Shown here piece after piece: positions 26,613 to 37,559 of a DNA stretch of 64,000 nt. The notes under the pieces are model-generated. The model was not told the DNA's origin. It made no database searches and saw only the letters and a program-made list of their open reading frames with translations. Position 1 is the stretch's first letter. Every line of letters begins with the position of its first letter. The stretch is from Amphiscolops sp. MND2022. Its lineage: Eukaryota. The translations under genes were made by a program, and so were the position numbers. The DNA is taken from the NCBI GenBank assembly GCA_964187785.1, contig OZ076409.1, positions 53,322,001-53,386,000 on the forward strand, read 5' to 3'.

Positions 26613-27904
26613 TTAAGATCGGTGCATTTTTTCAATTGTATAGTTGAATTCGTCCAAAGATGTGCGAATACACAAAGCTGATTGGCTAATTCTTGTCGTA
26701 TCAAATACGATATTTTGTATTATGCTTCGAGCTTGTTCAAGAGTATTTACGATTTCGGCGATTGTTATAAGAATATCTCGGTTCGGATGATGATAAGGTT
26801 TTATGATGTTCAAAATTTCTGTATATTTCTGTATTTCGTCCGTTGGGCGAAAACTTTGTGGTTGAGGAATGTCATTTTTGGTTTTCTTTGGCGATTCTTG
26901 TTTTGTCTTTTTGTGTTCTTTAGTATTTCCATTTGTAAGAAGTGAAAGTAAATGAGAAATAATGAAAATTAATTCATTATTTGAATATCCTTTTTTGGTC
27001 ATTGCGTAAAAATAGGATTTTTCACAGTCTCCCAGAGGTTATATATGAGAGAGGCTATATGTTGAAGTGGAGGAAGAGGATCAGATATATTTTGAGGTAT
27101 ATCTTCCTGTAGTAGCGAATCGTCGTTCAGAATGAGGTACAATGATTGGTCTTTTTGGGTTATCATTTTGAAGGAAAAGAAAACTTTGTTTAAGCGGATC
27201 ATAATTTCTAAGTTTTCCTTTTGTTTTGGTATGATCTATCAAATATTCTGAGTTGAAAGTGAATGGCGACGTATATTTGGAGTTGAAGAATATATAATTA
27301 TCGGGCTCTTTGTATTGAAGAAACTTCTGATAAGTCATGTGATGAGCCTTTTTGATTTGGTATGGCAAAAAATTTGCGTCATTTTCTTCGGTTCGAAGAT
27401 CATATGGAGATGGTCTGAGGAAGTTGTATTGGAGTGAGAAAATTTTCACTTTTTTGTTGAAACCACCAAAATATATGGGGTAATCAATTTTGAAGCGATT
27501 GAAGTATGATAATCATTTTTAAATTCTCTGATGATGAATTTGTATTTTGTTGGAATCATGTATAACGAGGTTAAATGAGATTGAAAGGTAAATTGTTTTG
27601 ATGAGAGAATAGGAACTAATTCACAGTCTCTATCTTCATCTTGTTTAACTGGTTTTATGAAAGGAGGGCAAGCGCCAGATTCCATAAAAGGTTTGTCTGC
27701 AGTTATATCTGGATACTTTCTTTTTTGAGATCTTGCGTTAACATGATCTACTTGTTCAATAGGAATAGTTTCCATGGGATCTTGAGAATTTGAAGATGAA
27801 TTATCATCTTCGTTAACATTTTGTTGAATAGTTATATTCAAAGGGGATGCAAGCAATTCAGAAGGGTTAGAATTAACTACATTAATTTTGGGCAAGGATT
27901 CCAT
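26613..27904 (-). pseudogene. Retroelement accessory ORF, probably one ~430-aa frame broken by frameshifts, function unknown
   Basis: Four consecutive overlapping - strand ORFs (27446-27904, 27081-27449, 26999-27202, 26613-27002), the first starting at an ATG in AATAATGG context. Confidence 0.55.
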
Positions 27905-28401
27905 TATTTAGACTTGCGTGTTTTTGTAGAGCTAAAATAATGATTATAAAGTTTGATTATAATGTTTCTAATAATGAGGAAAAATTATGTTATTTCTTTT
28001 TTGTCCATTAAATTGTTTGTTAAAAATGAAGTTTAAATTGTACTTACACTATGAATATAACTGAGTCAATTGTGGGTTGAAAACATCAACAATCACAGTG
28101 GCATCTATTCCAGGAATAGAAAATTCTGTAATTTCGGTCTTTTAGATGGACTGAAGATCCAGTTGAAGTCTTCCGATTGAGTGTTGAGTTGTGATGGGCA
28201 AGTGAATTTTCAGTTGAGTTGAAAGGAGAGACTTGTCCAAGTGAGAATTTGGGTTTGAATGAAAGTTAAGCTGAGGAAAATTTTGTTGATGATTTTTTGA
28301 ACTTTTTCTGAGGTTAATTTGTTTTTTTTTGGTTATTGCAACTTTTTGTGAGGTTAATTTGTTTATTTGGTTATTGCTTTTTAGCTAAGAGGGATTAAAT
28401 T

Positions 28402-30969
28402 TTATAAAGACTTTAGCAGGACTTTCGGTTTAGCTCTTACATTTGATAATATTGGGTCATAGTCCTGTGAGTTAATATCGTTGACATTAGTTGGGTGTAA
28501 CTTTTGCGGTGATTGAAATGTTGAATTTTTACTGGAATATTTAGAAGGTAAATACGGGGAGTCATTATCAGAGTATCTTCTCAGTTTGTTGTGTAATTCT
28601 TTTTCCGGCAATAGGATATTATCATTTTCACTTGTTGTGATTTTGTGTTTAGTATATATCCGTTTTCGTTTTCCTGTATTGTTCAAATCGGTTATCATTT
28701 CCGATGTAACTATTTTAAAAAATCCATGGGCTATTGAACTCAAAATGGAAATGTTGCTTTGGAGATTATATTGTATGCTAATTGTTCTGTAGAATTTGAG
28801 TAAAAATGTTAAAACTTCTCTAATGAAAAGAAATGTTGAAAAGTAAATTCCACCTTGTGTTAAAACATAACATGGATATCCAAAGAAATTAATGAATGCT
28901 TGACTGAACCAGTCAGGGTTGAAAAGTGGTAAGAGGCTTAACAGTGGTCATGTACTCCAATCCTTAAATGATTATAAGGATTATGTCTTGAGTAGGAATG
29001 TTTATCATTATGCACTGTGATGAAATCATAGCTTAATGATTTTCCAAGTAATTGAAGAGTTTGAAGAGTTGTATCTGAGTTTTTAGCGAATAATACTCTG
29101 TTCCAGAATCGATCTAATTCTGCATTTGAGTTTATACCGGCATCTTGGGTGGTAAATGTATTAGGAGTGATTGTTGTTTTAATTTGGGTAGGTTTAAACA
29201 TTTGTGGTGCTTCTCGTTTGAGTGGTTCTGGTGTTAACACATAAAAATCTCCGTCGTTAGAATCTGGGTCTAATTCGATTATATTTTGTGGGTTATTTCC
29301 ACATTCAATTGGTGTTGCATAGTTAAAAGTTTGTCTTGTTATAGGATCAACATACATTATAGTTTCTCTGTAGTGTATGGGAATTCTATCAAAGCATTTA
29401 TCTGCCTAGTATAGTGGTGATATAAAATGAGGGCAATCATACAGCCATGTTGTAGATCCTTCAACGTAGAGAAAGTTACTGCGATTTCCAGTTAAAAGAA
29501 AACCGGCTATTTGGGGATTCTTAACTGACATAGCTAAGATTGTTAACAATTGAGTTCTTTCCAGTTCACATATTGTATGAAGGGTGTTTAGTTCTTGTAC
29601 TGTCATGGATTTAAATACATGATTTATTGTGAAATCAATTTTTGTATTAATGTGGCATCATAGTCTAAAGTGGCGAAATTGTTTGATACATTCAATGCAG
29701 GGAATATATACCTTTTATTTGAGTCATCATTTTTTATGTTTCCACTAATTGTTTGATCAATTATTGAGTGTGGTTTTGGTTGTCCTGTGTTCATATCAAA
29801 ACCATCTAAGTATGTAACAAAGATGTCATCATATTGTGTTGAGAATAATGGTTCAGGTTTTCCACAAAAGGTTTGTGCAATTGGGTATATTTCAAATCGA
29901 GAAAGGCTTGGATTGCTTACTTTTGATTGTGGTGTTTTCACATTAGGATATCTTGTTCCTTGTATTCCTTCGGTTTGAAGTTTTTGTGTGATGTTTGAAG
30001 TTTCAATGAAGGTATCGGTTTCTATCCAATATCTATCTTTAATTCGTGTCATTCTACCAATGAATTCTTGAAGTTGAAATATGAGGCAAAATTTTTCATC
30101 AAACCATGTTAATGTATATGGAGTTTTTGTTGTTGGTTTACATAATCCGTCTGATTGATAGCACGGTAATACGTGTCCGTCATGTATTAATTGACTGTTT
30201 TTATCATCATAGTCTATTGCGGTGTTAACAATTCTAAGTTTCCAACTTTGTCGGGTAATTAAATGTTCTCGGTCGGCTCGGCATCTGGAGTATGTGTTTT
30301 GTGTAACATTAACTATCCAGTCGGGATAATTTTCATCCAATACGAAAGTTCCAATATGCCATGTGTTTAATTTTTTTGCTCTAAATGGTGTTTGAATTCG
30401 TTCAATTTTGTTTTGATAGTTACTATCGTCGAACAATGAGAAAGAGCTTTGTATATTGTAATTGTTTAGTTCTTCGCTATCAGTCGCGTTGAAGTAACTT
30501 ATCATGTTTTTGCAATCAAAAGGGTCTTATATTTTTGGAAGTTCTAATGTGTTCTGTCCCCATTGTAAACGATCATATCGTCTACTGGATGTGAATGTTT
30601 GTGAACACCAGACCTTTTCAGTCTTTATATATGCTTCGCATTTAAAGGCTTTTATGCTTTTGGCTTTTGCTCTAACGTAAACTGTTGCTTGGGTTTTTGT
30701 GTGTTGTATATCTGAGGGTGCTTGTTTACATGGTTCAACATTTAATGAACTGAATTGTCTTAAGTTGTTTTGTTTTGCACAATCATAATGGGAAACCATT
30801 AAGTTTAAAATGTTGGGGTCTTGGTCTGAAATATGATTTTCTGAATTGGTTGTGTCAACTTTAGGAACAGTTGAAGGGTGAACTAAAGAGTGAACTATGT
30901 GGATATATTTATGTATTTAACAACATATATTATGTATACTAGGTATAGGTTAAAGGTTATATGATCCAT
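28402..30969 (-). pseudogene. env: env-like class III viral fusion glycoprotein (chuvirus G-like), frameshifted
   Basis: ATG at 30969 with a hydrophobic leader. Motifs HYDC..C..A..C..C, CELERTQLLTILAM..NPQIAGFLL..G..FLYVEG...LYDCP and YVDPITR......IEC. Hydrophobic anchor at ~28800-28900 and a basic cytoplasmic tail. Confidence 0.8.
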
Positions 30970-30983
30970 GGTTAAAATATTGG

Positions 30984-32917
30984 TTAAAATATTGTTCTAT
31001 AATTAAGTCCTGAATAGGGATTAAAGAAGTGTTTATGTCCTGTTCTAATCTCAAGTAATTTTGCGTCACAAAGGTAAGAAATGGATGTGACTATGAATGG
31101 TGATGTGGTTGTTTTGTGTGCTACTCTTGTTGAAAGAGAGAATGGATGAGGTCCTAACGAGTTGAATGTGACTTCTACTTCAAATTTTAATGCGAGTTGT
31201 TGTTCTTGTAATCTTCGTAATTCTCTTTGTTTTCTTTGAGTTGATAGTGAACTATTGTTTATAAATCTTGCAGGTAAAACCGTGTATCGAGGATCTTCGT
31301 TAAGCGTACGAACAATTTTTGAATTAACACGGATGGGATATTCGTGAGGGTTTGGTGTTGGAGGTCTTGAGAAATCTTCTAAAAAATATTCAGGTAATTG
31401 TATAGAAGAGTTTGATGCTATTGAACTAGGTGAGTAAACTCGTGAAAAATTAGCTGCGCTATCTGATATAGTTACTGGGTCTTCAGAAAGAAGAGAAGCT
31501 GTTTCAAATCCTGATGTGATTTGAAATGGTAGTGATAAAGAAGATGGTATAGTGGGTTGAGATGAGGAAAGAGAAGAAGTGTCTACTCTGGGTTGGGCGT
31601 GCTGTCTAAGTAGTCTTGAGTTTGTACTTGAACTAGTTAAATATTGTAATTCTAGAAATTTTCTTTGTTGTTGAGATCGAAGGTTATAATTATGTCTTGG
31701 TACTCTAGTACTGGCAGTTGAGTCAGAATCTTTATCTTTGTGATATAAATCTGTTAAAGAAGAGGTAGTAGTTGAATGTACACGTTCTAATTCAAGTTTG
31801 GGATATATTTGAGAAAATGTGAATGAACTTAGTTCAGATGGTGAAGGAATTGGGTGTTGTTGTAATTTCTTCACTGGTGCCTTCAATGAAGGTTCGGGTA
31901 AGAATGGTATTGGAGTATAACTTGCTGATGGTAAGTTAAGGTCTTGTGGTAATGTAGGTAAAGGAGTTTTTCTTTTTGTTTTAGTTGCAGTTGGTACTTT
32001 ATGTGGACAAGAATTTATGTGTTGCAGAACTGAGCTGGGGTCAGGGATTTGAACGGAACGAGTGGTAGTAATTGGTGGAAGATGAGGTCTATTTAAAATA
32101 TTTGAAGTATCTTGTGTAGTTGGTGTTGTAAGTGTTTCATCATTAGAGTCAGTACTGGTGAACTTGTTTCTGAAAATACTAAATTTTGTGAAGTAGGTTG
32201 TGATTGAGATGTTATTACTAGTGTTTGAGTTTGGGTTATAGGTGTATTGGTGGGTGTTGCTGGTACTCTATCAGGAGTGTATGGAGCGGATGGACTGGGG
32301 TTTGAGGATGAGGAATCCAGTATGTCTGTATCTGAGTTTAAATATGCTGTATATTCAGGTAAAATTTGGAGTGAGTGTGTTGAACTAGAAGATGAACTAT
32401 TTGTGGTTGATGATGGTGAATGAATATGTCTATCAATTTTGAAATCTTTTGTGTTATGGTAGTTTGCTTCAAATTGTAAGTTAGTTAGTTTTATATCAAC
32501 TAGAGTTTCTTTCTTTTTTTATCACTTGTGAAATATTTTTTCATTCAATTTCACATTAAGTTTCAAACTTTCTTTCTTTCTTTCAAATTGTCTTTCTTTC
32601 TTTATTTCAGCAGGATTTTTGAGAAAGCGAAATTATATCCTTTGCACCAAGGAAAAGTCGAAAGTCTTTTATTGTTCTTGGGCGGAAATTGTATCTATTA
32701 AAGGAGTGTCTTCGGGGGTTAATAAATTTATCATAGTCATGAATGTCTGATTGGTTATCTGATTTGGTATTTTGAGAATCTTGTTCCCTTTGTTGGTACG
32801 GAAATGAAGAATATTGGTTAAATGATTCTGGTTGTAAATCAATCGTGAATGGTATATCCGTTTCTTTATTAGATGTTGTGGAAGGAAATTGTTCTTCGTC
32901 TGTAAATATGCCTTCAT
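30984..32917 (-). pseudogene. Ser/Thr/Pro-rich low-complexity region downstream of integrase
   Basis: 300-aa ORF 30984-31886 containing PRHNYNLRSQ and S/P-rich runs, with similar composition continuing to ~32900. Confidence 0.55.
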
Positions 32918-32949
32918 CAGAGTTAATTATTTGATCGTTTATATTTGAA

Positions 32950-35900
32950 TGACAGTCATTAAATAAATGAGGGTTATATTGTTGTAGAAAAGGGAAGATA
33001 ACTGGTTCTTTTAGATGATAAGGAATTAAATGATTTCTATGTATGTGCGATGTATAACCATCTTGATTAACAATTTCATGTTATGTCGGAGATTTTGTTA
33101 ATAATTTTGAATGGGCCAATTCTAAGAGGTTTTAATTTATCGGAAAAATGAACATGGAGAAAATTTCTCTTTAGTACAAATGTACCAATATCTAAGGGTC
33201 TTGGATTGTGGTATGTTTTGTTAAAATAAGCATAAGAATTAATCTTTCTTTTTGTGTTTTCATATACCGTATGGTATATCTGTATCATAGCAGTTTCAGT
33301 AGCTAAGATCCATTGTGGAATTGGTTTAGATAAAATTTTATGAAAGAAAGGGTTTAGATTTGATTTGTCATAGTGTGTATGAAGTGGAAATTCTTGACAA
33401 AATTGAGAAGTACAATTTCTATATGTATCTCTTTGGAGATTGAGTTCAAAGTTGATTGGAATTCTGGGTATAGTATGGAATACTATTTCATATGGAAATA
33501 AGTTTAATTCAGAGAGTAGTTGTGAATTATGTGCATAAGCATACATATGAACTTGAGTTGACCAATTTTCTGGAGTGTTATGTAAGAAAAGTCTGAGATG
33601 AGTTCCAAGATTTCTGTTTTGATTTTCAACTAAACCATTAGTCCATGGTGCATAAGGAGTTCTTGGTTAATGTCTAATTCCCATTGTGGTACAAAGGTAT
33701 GCGAATTTGGAATTAATGTAATCTGTTCCACGGTCGGTAACTAGGTATACAGGAGGTCCAAATTTTGTTATCCAACGATGAAGTAAGGAGTTAACAGCGT
33801 TCTGAGCAATATTTTGTTTTTGAGGTACTGTTACTACAAAGTGACTAAAAGCGTCTACTATAACATGAATGTATGAGTTTTGATTTGATGGTGGGTTTAT
33901 AGGTCCTTTTGTATCCCTCGATATTCGGTAGTTGAAATATGAAGCATTTTCTGAAAATGTTTGTATGGATGCAGTTTGTATTTTTTGGTTAATATGTTTA
34001 TTTTGTTGACATTCAATACAATCATGGATGAATATTGACATCCATTTATTCAAATATGGTATGAAGTAAAATTGGTTAAAAGCTTTGATGGACATTTTTA
34101 TTCCTGAGTGTCCGTGAGCATGAAGTTTGTTACAAGCTGCATGGAAGAGTTCAAATGGTAAACATATTTTGTCTTTTTGATTCGGATTTGAATCGTGAAG
34201 ATTAGGATAATCTATGTGAATAATTTTTGTATCATGGTTAATATACAATTGGTTGAAAATTTTGTAATATACTAATAAGAAAGAATTTCCTGCAATTGTT
34301 GCGTCTATTTGTAAGGGTCTTTCATTATTAAGTACCCATTGGTAAACTTTTTGTAAAACAGTGTCTTGTTGTTGTTGAGTTTTTATTGTTTCAATTGTTG
34401 TTTGTGTATCTTCTGGTAGGAACAACTAATTAAAGTATCTTTTGTATTTGAAGAAAGATGGATCAAAAATTGGAACTTGTTGATTACAATAATCGGATTT
34501 GGTAAGATATTGTATAGCAAGTGTGTGTTCTTTTAATGTGTCTGCGTTTTGATGTTGGATATTATTTGATTGAGTTAGTTCATCGTCATCACTGAGAATG
34601 TCAGTATCATTGGGAATTTTCGATTGTTGTAAGAGAGATTTTGTTTGGTTTTTTGTAGGTTTTTTATATTTTGATTCAAATGGAACGATAGATTGAAAAG
34701 AGAAAGAATCTAAAGGTTTTATGTGAATATCTTCTCCTTTGTTATTTATACGGATAGAAAATTGGTCGTCTCCGTAGTCAGCAAGAATAGGATGACAATC
34801 ATTCTTTTGATTATAATTGATTTCTTCATGTTTTACTAAATATTGTACTGGTTTGAGTTGATTATATTTCATGATAGAGAAATCTATTTGAGGTGGTAAT
34901 TGTTTGTGTCGTAATTGATGTACTTGTAATTGTTCTTTTGTAAAAGTTCGTGAAAGCATCTCTGCTACAGTTAAGTTTTTTCCAGGGGTATGAATGATTT
35001 TCAGTTTGGAGAAGTTGGTTAATTGCATTTGTGCTCTATAGAATCTAGGACTAAGATTTCCTTTCTTTGCAAAATAATGTAGTAGAGGTTTGTGATCTGT
35101 AAATATGTATATGGGATAAGGAGATCCAATGATCAAAAATTCATATATTTGTAATGCGTAAACTATTGCGAGAAGTTCTCTGTCTAAAGTTTAAAGTTTT
35201 TGTTCTTGTGTGTTAAGAATTCTGGAGTTATAAAAAATTACTTTCATTTTATTTTCTTCGTTCATTTGGAATAAGACTGCGCCTAAACCAACTAACGAAG
35301 CGTCTACTGTTATGAAAAATGGATGCGTTGTATTGGGTATGGTTAATTCAGTGCCTGCTGTCATTGCATTTTTTACATTTTGAAATATTTTTTCTAATTC
35401 AGGTGTCCATTCGAATTTAACATCATTATGTAGTAATGTATACAATGGTTCAAGGTTTATATGAAGTTTTTCAATGAATTTTGAATAGAAGTTAACACTG
35501 CCAAGAAATTGCATAACATCTTTCTTTTCTTTTGGTGATGGAATTCTTTTAATGGCGTCACTTTTGGATGGAATTGGTTTGATTGTGTTATTACTAATTT
35601 CGTGTCCAAGGAATTTTACTTTGAGTAACATGTAGAAAGATTTTTCGGGTGCGAGTTTGAGGTTTTTTCGAGATGCTATTTTATGTAATTCTTTTATAGG
35701 TTCAAACATTTCTTGTTTTTCATTTGAGAGTAGTAAAATATCATCTATATACACTAACGCAGAACGTTTGTCTATAAGTGACCTAAAGAAAGTTGACATT
35801 TGTTTTGTGAAAAAGTTTGGAAGTCCCTTTAATCCGTAAAATCCACGGATTAAGGCGTATAGTTTGTCACCGGATGAAAATCCTGTAAGCTTGATTGTTT

Positions 35901-37400
35901 CTTCATCTAATGGTGTATGAGCAAAGGCATACATTAAATCAATGGTTGATTTATATTTTTTTTGGCTCTAGCTAATTGAGGAGCTAAAAATTCAATAGGC
36001 CAAGATTCAAGTTCTTGGTTGGTGTTTGAGTTTAAATGTCTTGCGTCTAAGACAACTTTTATTGCGTCTCCTTTGGGGATAATAATTAAAGGGTTTAAAA
36101 ATGTTGTTCCAATTGTGTGTTTTTCATCTGAGGTGGAACCAGTTTGTTTTATTATATTGTATTTTTCAAGTTCTAGTAAAAGTTTATTTAGTCCATCTCT
36201 GTAGTGAATTGGTACTTTAGAAGGTCTTTGCGTTTGAAGTTTACATTTATCTTTTATTCTAATTCGAAAGGGAGTAGAAATTTTTCCTACGTCGTTCTTA
36301 TGTTTGGCGTAACAATTTCGATTATCAATCAAAATATTGCAGAGGTTTACATATTCTGTATCGGTTAGATCTGAGTATTCAAAGTTAAGCTTTTTTATGA
36401 ATTGTTGGTTTTCTGTAGAATATGGTAAAGGAGGAAAATCTTTTTGAATTTTATCGGAGGGTCGAAGATTTCCAGTAACAGAAGGTATAGGAAGTTTAAG
36501 TGTTTTGTCGTTGATTTCTATTTTGTTAATTTCTAATAGGGATTGTGGTGTTACCCTAGTACATAAGTTCATATCTGCATATGGATTTTGTTTAATTGGA
36601 GTTGTGGTATCAGGATGATACGCATGTATTACAGAGTGAATAAGTGAATTTACATCATTAACTCTACAGTGAGGAGGAGTTGTTTGAGTAATAGGGATTT
36701 CTATGTATCCAATGATTCCTCGTGGTAATGTAGCTGGGTAAGATGTAAAGTTTTGAATTATGGTTGCACAAGAGTCTTTGCTTTTTTCATTGACTATCAT
36801 ATCCAAGAAATGAAAGATATCTTTAAATTTTTGTAAGAAATATGTTTATGGGTTTGTTGGATAAATTTTTGTAATATCTTCAAGTTCAAAATGTAGATTT
36901 GAATAGTTTTTAATTGGGAAATGTAGGGTTTTTCCTGACCTGGGTTTAAAGTGAATTGGTTCTTTACATTTACTAGTATAAATGTAAGAAATATATGGGT
37001 AATCTTTTTCTGTAAATGTGGAAAATGTTGTTTTTGTTGAAAGATTTGGATGTTGTTCTATGTAAGCCATAATATTTTGTTGAAAATCAATATTTTGGAT
37101 GTGTTTTTTGAAAAAGGGTGTCCCACGAATGTTGTATTTGATATTGGCTACGGCGAAATCGATATTGAAGGATCGCGTTTGATGGTTTACTTCAGTAAAA
37201 CAGGTTATCGAAATATAGTGTATTATTGGTACTTCAGTTTGGTTTGCAACTGTAAGAGTTTTGGCTCTTTTGTTTTCAAGATTGTTTGGAACATTGATGT
37301 TTAATTGTTTGGAAATCACATGAAATGTTGGTAAATTCAAAACAGGTATGGATGCTCCAGTATCTAAGAGGAAAAAGAGTTTCTAATTTTGAAGGTAATA
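32950..37400 (-). pseudogene. pol: pol: protease, reverse transcriptase, RNase H, integrase
   Basis: LDTGAS (~37356-37367), GLKGLP and YIDD (~35740-35751), DAS..GLGAVL and TDHKPL, H..GH.G...C..CQ zinc finger, DTKGP / DAFS / TDRG catalytic core, and GPF motif. Confidence 0.95.
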
Positions 37401-37559
37401 TGTTATCATTTGTTTCAGAAGCATGAACATATAGTGGATAAAATCAACTATAAGGAGTAATTGTATTAGCGATTTCAGTTATTTGACAGGTGTGGATTTC
37501 AAATTTTGTACTATCATTGTCTTTTGTAGATTTAACGTCTACTTGATTTATTCTGTTTT

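Noticed and set aside
26999..27449. ATGA and GTGA stop/start overlaps suggesting translational coupling of accessory genes
   Set aside because: The element is full of 1-bp frameshifts in homopolymer runs, so a single broken ORF is the simpler explanation. Intact copies are needed to decide.
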